A stretch of DNA of 51,570 nt from a virus (Duplodnaviria; Caudoviricetes): positions 1-51,570 of IMG/VR virus record IMGVR_UViG_3300030372_001820, one strand, 5' to 3'. The position numbers were made by a program, and so were the translations under genes. Shown here piece after piece: positions 27,153 to 37,200 of the stretch. Under the pieces are notes generated by a model. It saw only the letters and a program-made list of their open reading frames with translations, searched no databases and had not been told where the DNA came from. Numbering within the stretch: the first letter of the stretch is position 1; every line of letters begins with the position of its first letter.

Positions 27153-27606
27153 TTGCAGTCATAGATTTAAAGCAAAGAAAAAAACACAACCAGTAAGTGA
27201 GTACGAAATAGCAAAGTTGATGGAAAATAAAAACAATCCGTATAAAGAATTAGTTAAACAAATTATTAATAGAGTTAGAAGAAACATTCCATCAGAAAAC
27301 AAGAAAGAATCTATATATAGATTTATTGATAATATATCTGATTATCCATATCATTCTATACATAGAGCATATAATATATATATAACTAAAGGTTACTTTT
27401 GGCAAAGCAAAGGGTTTAATTATTTTATTAAAATGGTTGAAACAGTTGAAGAAGATTGGGTAAAATATGAAGACAATCAAAAAAAGAAATTTGGTACAAC
27501 ACCAAAAGTAATAGAATGGAGTAAAGATGTCAAAAACAAAAACAGTAAAAACAAATCCAGTAAAACAAAAACTAACAGCAGAAGAAGTAAATCAATTAAT
27601 AGATGA
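27133..27606 (+). CDS. Zn-ribbon protein, possible replication initiator
   Basis: CPSCSHRF N-terminus; KGFNYF..MV motif; upstream of DnaB. Confidence 0.4.
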   Translation: MYVTCPSCSHRFKAKKKTQPVSEYEIAKLMENKNNPYKELVKQIINRVRRNIPSENKKESIYRFIDNISDYPYHSIHRAYNIYITKGYFWQSKGFNYFIKMVETVEEDWVKYEDNQKKKFGTTPKVIEWSKDVKNKNSKNKSSKTKTNSRRSKSINR

Positions 27607-27703
27607 AGCATTAGAATCATTTTCAGAAGCAATGTATGAAGAGTTTGAAGAAATGCAAAAGTTAATTGATGAAATGAGAGAACGACTTGGTTTCGTAGAA
27701 TAA
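27527..27703 (+). CDS. 58-aa hypothetical protein (absent from ORF track)
   Basis: GGAG RBS; MSKTKTVKTNP..MRERLGFVE*; overlaps the upstream ORF's 3' end. Confidence 0.6.
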   Translation: MSKTKTVKTNPVKQKLTAEEVNQLIDEALESFSEAMYEEFEEMQKLIDEMRERLGFVE

Positions 27704-27724
27704 AAAAACAAAAGGAGAAAAACA

Positions 27725-28483
27725 ATGAAAGATACATTCTTTCCAGTAAAAGAAGATACTATATATACAGGCAAAGGTGATGAAAGTGGTTATAAATTTA
27801 TTATGCGAGAAGACACAGATGAAATATTAAGTTGTGTAACTGACTCATATAAACTTATTAAGAATGAAGATGTTGTAAATAAAGTATTAAAAATATTTAA
27901 AAAGAAAAAGATTAAAAATGATTTTGTAGGGTCAAGACAATTTTCAAATGGTGCTAAAACAACATACACTTGGAATCTTACTAATCAAAAAGTAGAAACA
28001 AACAAAGGAGAAGAACATTATCCACAAATAATATTGGTTAATAGTTATAACGCAACAACACAGTTATCTTTCCTGGCTGGTGTATTTAGATTAGTATGTA
28101 GCAATGGTTTAGTTATAGGACATACTGTTGGCAACAAAACCAATAGACATTCTATATACAATACTGAATTAGAAAAGATAGATGAGTATGTTGATAAAAC
28201 TATTGATTCTATTGACAAAGTATTTACTAAAGATTTTCCAACACTTGTAAATACTAAATACAATAACAGGCACACTAATCAATTCTTAAAACTATTTCCT
28301 GATTTTATTATGGGTGATTTAGTTAAATATTTAAGTAGTTACAATATTAATACATATTGGGATTTATTAAATGCAGCTACTTTTGTAGCAACTCATAGAA
28401 TGAATAAGAAATATGAATCAACATTTAAATTCGAAGAATCTTTGTACCCTAAAGTTGTTAAGTGGGCAAAGGCAGAAGCATAA
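27725..28483 (+). CDS. DUF932/DUF945 family protein
   Basis: Y.LI.N, LVNSYN, AGVFRLVCSNGL, YWDLLNAAT...TH motifs. Confidence 0.85.
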   Translation: MKDTFFPVKEDTIYTGKGDESGYKFIMREDTDEILSCVTDSYKLIKNEDVVNKVLKIFKKKKIKNDFVGSRQFSNGAKTTYTWNLTNQKVETNKGEEHYPQIILVNSYNATTQLSFLAGVFRLVCSNGLVIGHTVGNKTNRHSIYNTELEKIDEYVDKTIDSIDKVFTKDFPTLVNTKYNNRHTNQFLKLFPDFIMGDLVKYLSSYNINTYWDLLNAATFVATHRMNKKYESTFKFEESLYPKVVKWAKAEA

Positions 28484-29334
28484 TGTCAAAAGAGTTTTAT
28501 GACTGTCCAGTTGTAATACCTTACTATGGTGGGAAGTTTAGGTTGAGCAAACAACTTATACCTTTACTTCCTACTCATACCAGATACATAGAAGTCTTTT
28601 CTGGTGGACTTAGTATGTTCTTTAGAAAACATAAATGCGATTATACAATTATAAATGATATAGATAATGACATAATTAATCTATATAGATGTTTAAGTGA
28701 AAAGTATGATGAATTTATTGATACCTTACTATGGATTCCTAAGAGCAGACAAATGTTTGAAGAGGCAAGACATGAAGTGCATTACAGCAAAGTAATTAAA
28801 ATACCCAATGTGTTAAGAGCAGTCAAATATTTTTATTGTATTCGTAATGCTTTTAATAAAAATCCTAACTCATCTTTTTCAAAAACATCATATTGGAATA
28901 CTGAAGATATAATAAAAAAGTTAAAGTACTCTGTAAAATATTTTAAAAATACTACAATTGAGAATATGGACTTTAGAAAACTTGTTGTAGATTACAAACC
29001 TACATTGGGTGATATGTGGTACTTTGACCCACCATATATTGTAGCTACAGAAAAAGGTGATTACTATATGGCAGATTTTGGTTATGATGAACATGAAGAC
29101 TTGCGCGAGTGTATCGACTTAGTTGATAGAAATGGTGGCAAGTTTATGATTAGTTATGATGATAAAGAAATAGTAAGGGATATGTATTCAGATTATAATA
29201 TAGTAGAAATACAAACACAATACGCAGGTCGAACACAAAACGGATATAAAGAAGGTCAAAATACAAAATATTTTACCGAATTAGTAATAATGAATTATGA
29301 AGAAAAAACACAAGTAGAAATGTTTAAGGAGTAA
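28483..29334 (+). CDS. DNA adenine methyltransferase (Dam/D12 class)
   Basis: YYGGK, YIEVFSGG, IND, DPPY, FMISY motifs; ATG at 28483 coupled to the upstream stop. Confidence 0.92.
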   Translation: MSKEFYDCPVVIPYYGGKFRLSKQLIPLLPTHTRYIEVFSGGLSMFFRKHKCDYTIINDIDNDIINLYRCLSEKYDEFIDTLLWIPKSRQMFEEARHEVHYSKVIKIPNVLRAVKYFYCIRNAFNKNPNSSFSKTSYWNTEDIIKKLKYSVKYFKNTTIENMDFRKLVVDYKPTLGDMWYFDPPYIVATEKGDYYMADFGYDEHEDLRECIDLVDRNGGKFMISYDDKEIVRDMYSDYNIVEIQTQYAGRTQNGYKEGQNTKYFTELVIMNYEEKTQVEMFKE

Positions 29335-29336
29335 AT

Positions 29337-30653
29337 ATGCAAGACACACCAAAAAATATTGATGCTGAACAAAGTGTTATTGGTTGTATTCTTGTTGGAG
29401 GTGTTGCTACTTATGATAAAGTAAAGCCATGGTTGAGAGATGATGAAGTGTTTTACACAGAAGTAAATAAACAAATATGGACATCGTTCCATGAACTAAA
29501 ACAACAAAATACACCTATAGACACAATAACAGTATTAGAAAAATGTAAAGACAATAAAGACAATCAAGTAGATGCATTTTATATTACAGGATTAGCGACT
29601 AGTATACCAACTGTTGCTAACTGTGAACACTATGCAAGAATCATATGGGAAAAGTATATACAAAGACAAACAGCAGTTAGTGCAAACAAATTATACAATT
29701 CTAGTTTAGAAAATAACTTTTCTGATGTGAATGATATATTAGATGAACACTCAAGATTGGTTGATGAACTTAAAAACATTAGACCATCATTAGTAAAAAC
29801 AATTGACGAGATTATTGCAGAAGCTAAACGAGCTATAAAAGATGGAGATAATATTATACCATTTGGTATGGAAGTGCTAGATTATCCAGCAGGTGGTATG
29901 ACACGCAAAGAGATTACAGTATTAGGTGGTAGGCCTGGTCATGGTAAAACAACTCTTATGGTTAATATATTACAAAGTCTTATACAACAAGGATTTAAAG
30001 TAATGTTGTTTAATCGTGAGATGAGTAACACAGAAATGATTAAGAAATTATGTGTATTAGAAAGTAAATCTTTATTGTATGCAGATGTAAGGAAAAACAA
30101 TTTTGAATCTGGACAAGACAATGTTTTAGAAATGCAAATGGAAAAGATACGTAAAAAGTATAAAAACTTAATGATGTATGACCATGTTAGAACTTTGTCT
30201 GATACAATAACAGAAATACAAAAACATAAACCAGATATTATAATAGATGATTACATACAACTAATTCAAGTTGATAATGTTAAAGAAGGCAGAAGATTCG
30301 AAATAGAACGTATTATGCAAGAATACAAATGGGTATGTAAAAATGAAAATTGTAGTGCATTATTATTATCACAACTTAATCGTGAAATGGATAGACGTAT
30401 TAATCCAGAACCTAGATTGAGTGATTACAGTGAGTCTGGTGTAATAGAACAAACAGCAGAAACAGCTATGTTTGTATTTTATGGATATAACTTTGATAGT
30501 GAATCTTATGATAGATATGAAAGTAAAATTATATCAGCAAAAACACGATATGGTAATGTAGGAAGTTATGTTCTTGGTTTTAATGGCAATCGTTGTAAAT
30601 TCTATCTTAATAGAGATGATGCCTACAATGATTCCAGCAGTTACAAAACGTAG
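29337..30653 (+). CDS. dnaB: Replicative DNA helicase, DnaB family
   Basis: P.NIDAEQSVIG N-domain, Walker A GRPGHGKT, EMS, DYIQL, LSQLNR, SD..ESG.IEQ.A, KTRYG. Confidence 0.95.
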   Translation: MQDTPKNIDAEQSVIGCILVGGVATYDKVKPWLRDDEVFYTEVNKQIWTSFHELKQQNTPIDTITVLEKCKDNKDNQVDAFYITGLATSIPTVANCEHYARIIWEKYIQRQTAVSANKLYNSSLENNFSDVNDILDEHSRLVDELKNIRPSLVKTIDEIIAEAKRAIKDGDNIIPFGMEVLDYPAGGMTRKEITVLGGRPGHGKTTLMVNILQSLIQQGFKVMLFNREMSNTEMIKKLCVLESKSLLYADVRKNNFESGQDNVLEMQMEKIRKKYKNLMMYDHVRTLSDTITEIQKHKPDIIIDDYIQLIQVDNVKEGRRFEIERIMQEYKWVCKNENCSALLLSQLNREMDRRINPEPRLSDYSESGVIEQTAETAMFVFYGYNFDSESYDRYESKIISAKTRYGNVGSYVLGFNGNRCKFYLNRDDAYNDSSSYKT

Positions 30654-30858
30654 AATAGATGCTAGCAATGAATGTGATATGTGTGGAGAAAATAAAGTTA
30701 CAGAATACTTTGATTATATTGCTCCAATATCAAAAGTTGATTTGATTGTATGCAAAAGATGTGCAATCAGAGAATATTATGGTTCTACAGCAGGTAGAAG
30801 GTGGAAAAGTGAACAAAAAAAAGGGAAACTATTTGGTACCAGCATTAATAACTATTGA
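30616..30858 (+). CDS. Small Zn-finger protein
   Basis: CDMC..CKRC; start uncertain. Confidence 0.55.
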   Translation: MMPTMIPAVTKRRIDASNECDMCGENKVTEYFDYIAPISKVDLIVCKRCAIREYYGSTAGRRWKSEQKKGKLFGTSINNY

Positions 30859-31282
30859 CCCAGGCCAATCTGGTGGTATCTGTGCAATATTTGACGATAA
30901 ATTAGTCGCATACAAATGCCCTAAAACTCCAAAAGAAATGTCTGAAATAGCCAAAGAGTTAAAATCTATGTGTCAATCAAATGGTTTTCCTGTATTAGGA
31001 ATTATAGAACAAGTACATGCATTTCCTACTGATGCAAGAAGTAGTGCATTTAAATTTGGTAAAAACTTTGGAACATGGATAGGAATATTAGAAAGTTTAT
31101 GTATAAAATACATAATGGTAACACCACAAAAGTGGCAAAAACAATTTGAGTTACCTAAGAACAAACAACAAAGAAAGAGAGAATTAAAAATGATAGCAAA
31201 GGAATTTTATCCTAAAGCAACTTTATATACTGCGGATGCAATCTGCATAGGATTATGGGGGAAAAACAATGAACTCATTTGA
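30809..31282 (+). CDS. RuvC-like Holliday junction resolvase
   Basis: IDPG.SGG, IEQVH, FKFG.NFG, VTPQKWQK, ADAICI; GTG start inferred. Confidence 0.85.
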   Translation: MNKKKGNYLVPALITIDPGQSGGICAIFDDKLVAYKCPKTPKEMSEIAKELKSMCQSNGFPVLGIIEQVHAFPTDARSSAFKFGKNFGTWIGILESLCIKYIMVTPQKWQKQFELPKNKQQRKRELKMIAKEFYPKATLYTADAICIGLWGKNNELI

Positions 31283-31445
31283 CCATCATAAGTATATTAA
31301 AAAACTTATAGAAACAACAAACGAACAGTTACAAGAGGTTAAGAAGTTAGAAATAAACGAAAGGAATATTGTATCTTTTCAGATTCTTGATTACCTTGTA
31401 GAACAAAGCAACAAAATAATAACTCAATTTAAAGTACGTAATTAA
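31269..31445 (+). CDS. 58-aa hypothetical protein (absent from ORF track)
   Basis: MNSFDHHKYIKKL..FKVRN*; last plus-strand gene before the terminator. Confidence 0.55.
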   Translation: MNSFDHHKYIKKLIETTNEQLQEVKKLEINERNIVSFQILDYLVEQSNKIITQFKVRN

Positions 31446-31452
31446 TCAAAGT

Positions 31453-31513
31453 AACAGTAAGGTTATAAGGGTAAGAACTTTTGTTGTTTTTCGTTCTTAC
31501 TCTTCTTACTGTT
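31453..31513. terminator. Hairpin between convergent transcription units (probable bidirectional terminator)
   Basis: AACAGTAAG/CTTACTGTT outer stem and AAGGGTAAGAAC/GTTCTTACTCTT inner stem. Confidence 0.7.
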
Positions 31514-34210
31514 TTAAGCTGCTAAAAAATCTAAACTTTGTAATACAGATTGTTTTTTCTTAGATTTTTTCTTTTCAGTTTTACTTCTTGGGTCTAGACC
31601 AACAAAATCCATAGCTTTTTTCTGTACTTCTTTAGCATCTGCACTTGCATATAGACCTAATTCACTTTGTACTGCCCATCCTATACGACCTTGCATTATT
31701 TGTGGTAACGCTCTTTGTGCCATTCTTGAAGTAGCAACATTAATAATACCATGCGCTTTTGCTGTATTAGGTAAATCGTAATCACTATCATAAGATTCTG
31801 TTGTTGCAAATACTTGTGCTAATGCATCATTTTCTAAATCTATAAAATTAAATTTTATACCTATATCTAGCATAGTATCAAATGCAGGCCCCCCCATATT
31901 TGCTACGACAGATTTACCATAAGATATTTCTTCAATAGCTTCTTCATCTCCACTTAATAAAATAGCCATTCTTTCAATTCTTTCAGCTGTATCATGTTGC
32001 ACTAGATTTTTAAAGTTTAAACCAGTAAGAGCAGCGGCAGCTACTGGAGCTATAAAGTATAATAAACCCATTCTGTATGCTTGAGATAATCCTTCTGCTC
32101 CACCGTTTCTTTCTAAAAGTTTTTTCATTACCTTACCAGACTTTATATCACCTTTAGCTTCTGTTAATATTCCCATGTTTCTTTCATAAAACTCAAAACT
32201 GTAATGTTGAAACTGACCTATAATTGCACCAAGTTTTGTTCTCATAAAAGGAGATTTTGCATATTGTGAATAATCAAAATGATTTAACATTACCATATTA
32301 ATAGCAAATTTTTCTGCTGTTTTATTTATTTTGTTTTTTATTTGTTGTTCGTTTAATCCTTTTTCAGCAAGTTTAGCTTTGTAATCAACATTGTTTAAAA
32401 ACTTGTGCATCATACCAAAACCAGAAACAAACGTTCTTTTTCTATTTACATTTTCTGCTCTTCTATGTAGGCCACTAGACCATTGAGCTCCTTTACCAAG
32501 CAAATCGGCAAGTTTAGCCATTCTAGTTTTTTTAACATATTTAAATTTGTTTGCATCTGCGTCATATTCTACTAAATTCAATTCATTTGCTGGTGTTTTT
32601 CCTATTGTTTCTTTAATGTCAACAGTTGCATCATCATATAAAATACCTTTTTCATTCAAAACTTTAGTTAATTCACCGTCAGAAATACCTTCGTTTTCTA
32701 AATATCGTCTTATTCTTTTAGGTTGTGTAAATCCAAAAGACACCCAATCTAACATTCTTTGTGTATAGTTTCTAGCTGCACCACGAACATTAAATCCTAA
32801 TTTAGAAATAAACTCAAAAGATAAAATAGCTCTTGTTAAATCACTTGTAGATATTGCATTTTTATTATTACCATTATAAGCAAGATTCATATCTTGTATA
32901 TATTTAGATATGCTTAGTGCGTATCCGTTAGCGTTGCCATTGGTTTTATATATTCTTTCTATACCAGACAATGCATCTAGATATGCTTTATTCATAAAAG
33001 AATTTAAATTAAATCTAATTACATCATTACTATAAGCAGATAAAACTTGTGGTATATTTTTACTGTAAGTATAAATAAAATTACCATCACTGTCTCTTGC
33101 TCTTCCTTTGTTATGGTTGCTAATATATGAGTTAATATCTTGTATAGCTTCTTTTACGGTTTTAGTTTTTTTAGTAAGATTATATGGGTTAACAGATTGT
33201 TGCAAGTCTTCAATCTTAGACATATATCCTTCCATAAAAGTAATGTTAAAATCTCTGGTAAAATGTGGAAAAAATCCTTTTTCTCTGTTTGGCAGTAAAG
33301 TATCTTTTAATCTTTTTTTAACAGCAGTTAATTGTTGACTTTCTTGAACTTTACCTGTTTCTTCTAATTTTTTAACAATAGTAGATATATGACTTTCTAC
33401 ACCTCGTTCAAGAATTGTATACAATCTGTTTGTTAATCCTATGTGTTTGTCAACAGCAGATATTAGTGAAGATGAAATCTCTGGATATTTTTCTCTTAAA
33501 TCTTTAATAAGTTTTTCTTTTGGTATTTGAAAATCTGTAGATACATCATATTTTTTTGCTAATACTGGCAAATCTTCTTCTACTATTTTTACAAAAGTAT
33601 CCATTATTTTACCATATGTACCATTCATAACTTCTGCTTCTGCATCTGCATATTGTTTATGTAAATCTCTCCAGTTAGCATCGTTATTTACTTGTGCTAC
33701 TTTAGCTTTTGCATACAGTTCATTAAGGTTGTCTAATTGTTTTTGAGATGAACTTCTGTCTTGTTTAGAAAGACCTTCAGCATAAGCAGCTTTGTTTATA
33801 TCATCCTGTATAGCAACTCTTATTCTAGTCATTTCATTGTTATTTTCTGTATATCTTTGTTGTATTCTTTGCATATTGCTAAACAAACTAGATACAATAG
33901 GGTCTTTTTTGCCATAATGACTTGTTGACCAAAAACTTGTAGAAAATTTATTTCCTAAAGTTCCATTATCAATAGAGTCATTTAATTTTTGTAATTGACT
34001 TTTATATTTTTCTATCTGTCCATCTGTAATAGGTACTTGCAATAAAGTTTCTGCATCAATACCACCCCATACTGTATCAACCATTTTTAAAGCAGCTTCA
34101 TGACTATCTCTAAAGTTAGCTATTGCTTTTTCACTACTTGCCCATTCTTTTATAATTTCAAATAGTTTTTTATGTTTAGTCCTGTCTACATTACAATTTA
34201 TATTCGGCAT
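31514..34210 (-). CDS. Large internal virion / ejection (cargo) protein
   Basis: 898 aa helical; GQFQHYSF motif and a hydrophobic C-terminal segment; directly downstream of the putative vRNAP. Confidence 0.55.
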   Translation of the reverse strand: MPNINCNVDRTKHKKLFEIIKEWASSEKAIANFRDSHEAALKMVDTVWGGIDAETLLQVPITDGQIEKYKSQLQKLNDSIDNGTLGNKFSTSFWSTSHYGKKDPIVSSLFSNMQRIQQRYTENNNEMTRIRVAIQDDINKAAYAEGLSKQDRSSSQKQLDNLNELYAKAKVAQVNNDANWRDLHKQYADAEAEVMNGTYGKIMDTFVKIVEEDLPVLAKKYDVSTDFQIPKEKLIKDLREKYPEISSSLISAVDKHIGLTNRLYTILERGVESHISTIVKKLEETGKVQESQQLTAVKKRLKDTLLPNREKGFFPHFTRDFNITFMEGYMSKIEDLQQSVNPYNLTKKTKTVKEAIQDINSYISNHNKGRARDSDGNFIYTYSKNIPQVLSAYSNDVIRFNLNSFMNKAYLDALSGIERIYKTNGNANGYALSISKYIQDMNLAYNGNNKNAISTSDLTRAILSFEFISKLGFNVRGAARNYTQRMLDWVSFGFTQPKRIRRYLENEGISDGELTKVLNEKGILYDDATVDIKETIGKTPANELNLVEYDADANKFKYVKKTRMAKLADLLGKGAQWSSGLHRRAENVNRKRTFVSGFGMMHKFLNNVDYKAKLAEKGLNEQQIKNKINKTAEKFAINMVMLNHFDYSQYAKSPFMRTKLGAIIGQFQHYSFEFYERNMGILTEAKGDIKSGKVMKKLLERNGGAEGLSQAYRMGLLYFIAPVAAAALTGLNFKNLVQHDTAERIERMAILLSGDEEAIEEISYGKSVVANMGGPAFDTMLDIGIKFNFIDLENDALAQVFATTESYDSDYDLPNTAKAHGIINVATSRMAQRALPQIMQGRIGWAVQSELGLYASADAKEVQKKAMDFVGLDPRSKTEKKKSKKKQSVLQSLDFLAA

Positions 34211-37200
34211 TCTTCTAACAACCTTTCTACTTTATTAGCACTTTCTTCAGACTTTCCTGTAAACACAGGTTGGTCTTCAACAGTTTTAGTATAATCTAAA
34301 GCTTCATTTACTCTGGATAAGTCTTTTAATGATTGTTGTGGTTGTTTTTCAAAACTTATACCTTTAAAGAATGATTCACCACCCATTAAATTATATATTG
34401 GATTTTGTAATATACTTTGCACAACTGGATTGTTCAAATCTTTCATAACAGAACTTGTAATAACTTTTTGTGCTAATTTTTTTACTTCTGGTTCCATTTG
34501 TGCTTTTATAGATAAATATCTAAATGGGTCTATTATATCTGCTTTTAGCATATCTGATTGTATTTCACCCATTGTTTGTGCGTATACATTAAATTCTTCT
34601 GTTTTTCCAGCTAACTGCATAATGTCTTGATAAAAATCCATTAAGTGATTGTTTGTTAAATCTCTACCAGTAGATATTTGATTTTTTACTCTACCCCAGT
34701 TAATACCATTGAAATCTAAAACTCGTTTGTCTAGATATTTATTAAACAATGGTAACTTTGATTCTTGTATTAAAGATATTTCTTCAGGAGTATAATTACC
34801 TTTATCTATTACATCTCTTCTGTCAAAACGAAGATGATAAAAATTATCAAAATGATTAATTAATCCCTGAAATAATCTTGCTATTTCTTTGTATTGTTTA
34901 CCATCTTGTGAATCTAAAGCAGATAATAAATTATTACCTTCAACTGCTTGTGCTTTTTGAGATATAAATCTTAATCCACTTCTAAACCTAGCACTTGTAT
35001 ATCTTGGTGCTGGTACAATCCTATTTTGGAATACTCCTACACCACCTCTATCATATGTTGGTTCCATATATGCATATAAAAACTTTAACCCATCTTTCCC
35101 CCCTATTCCTCTTTCTAAAAGCAATCTCTCAACTTCATAAATATCGGTAGCTTCAGGAAAATCACTTAAATATTTAGATGTTTCAGAATCTAATGCACTC
35201 TTTTTATTACTTAAAAAATCTTTCAATCCGTTGTTAGAATGATGATAAAAATTTCTACGCAAAGTTAATAAATCGTCTAATAATTTTTTTCCATCCTTTG
35301 AAAGTATAATTTTATCTGCACCTAATCCAACGTTAAGAGCTTGTTTAACAGAAGACATAACTGCGTGTTGTACATTAGCTTCAATTAATTCTGCTGAATC
35401 AATAGGATTAAACTTAATATAATCTATGTCTTTTAATAATGCTTTTCCATCTTTAGATTTAACTATAAAGTCATCTATTTTCTTTCGTTCTTTGTTTATT
35501 AAAGAGTCGAAATAATCCATTCTTCGACCACGTTCTTTATAGGTAAGTTTTTTATTATAAAATAATCTACTTTTGTAATACTTATTTTGTTTAATAAATG
35601 CTATAGATTTATGAACATCTTTAATTTCATTTAATATTTTATCAGAATATGTTAGTTCATATTCTTTTGTAGTAGAATTAAAATCTGTTGTTCTATCATT
35701 ATCTGTTAACTGGTTGTACCAATCATCAAAATCTTTTCTTCTTCCACCAGTAGTTAAATCAACAGGAACATTAGCATTAAATACATCATTTCTAACAATT
35801 TTATTTATTGCCATATCTATTACAGAACCCCTTCTGCCATCTGATATAGCAGTAGCATGTTCTAAAACTTTATCATCAAATATATTTTTACTAGGTTTGT
35901 AAAATACAAAAGATGAAGATTTTTCTTTGCTTGATGGTTCTGGTCTAATGCCAACAAATTTACCATTTTCGTATACTTTATATTTAGTTTCAACACCAAA
36001 CATATCGTTAAAGTCTTTTCTACTACTTAGCTTTTTACCACCTAATTTTTTGTTTCTAAGTTTGTAATAAATGTTATCATTTATATTAGAATTAAATTTA
36101 AAGAAATCAGAAGAAGTTTCAACAATATCTTCATATCTAGATTGTTTTTGAACGCCTGTATTGTCAAAAGTTGTACCACCTGTTATGTTTAAAAACTTTG
36201 AATACTCTCTCAATAAAGTTCTTACAACTTCTTTATCAATATCTGTTAAATCTTTTTCTACATATTCTCCATCTTCTATTTTATATTTTTTAAATATACG
36301 TATTCTTTTACCAGAATCAGTACCAGACTTCATTATTTTTCTTTGTCTTGCATCTGTTAAATTATTTACAGAATAAGAGTTGTCTTTGCTGGGAAATAAA
36401 AAATCATCTTGTATTGTTGTTAAGTCTTCACCTAGTTCTTTATTTATATTGCCAGTCTCATCAATCATGTATTGAGTTTCTAAAGCCATTCTAGTTTTAA
36501 AATCAACATTATCAAAATCTAAAACTATTATATCGTTACCATCATTGTATTTCATCAATGTTCTTGGTTTATAAGATTTGTTATTAGTTGTTTTTGTATC
36601 AGGTATATTGTTTGGAGTATCTCCTGAACTTAATTTTTCTATAAATCCTAATCCTCTAGGTATCTTTTGAACTTTACCTATAGCATTTTTCCATGCATAA
36701 TTAGCACTTAACATTTTTCTCATACTTTCAGATTGTTGCGTAGGGGTCATTTCAAATGTAAAGTTTTCTTTATGAACAAAATAATTTGCAGGGTCTATAC
36801 CTTGAACAAAGAATGAACTACTTCTTTCTACGTGGTCTATTGTGCTTTTTTTATTTGCAAAATAATAATCAGCTTTGTCTGCGTCATAATCACCCTCAAA
36901 AATATTTACAACATCTAAACTATTTACAATAGCTTTATGCCCATCACCTTTTGTAACAAAACCTTTTATACCAAGCATTGCCATATCATTAGGTCGAGTA
37001 CGTGGTTTACGATTAACAACAACTCCAACTTGTATACGTTTTCCAGATTCTTTAGCAAACCCAGATATTGTATCATGTAAATCACCAAGAGTAAATTCTT
37101 GCATCGTTTTTTTAACTAAATCTCTATTAAATTCTCTATCTTTAGTTTTACTAAATGATTGGATTTCGTCTATTATATCATCAATTCTTAAAACTTTTGA

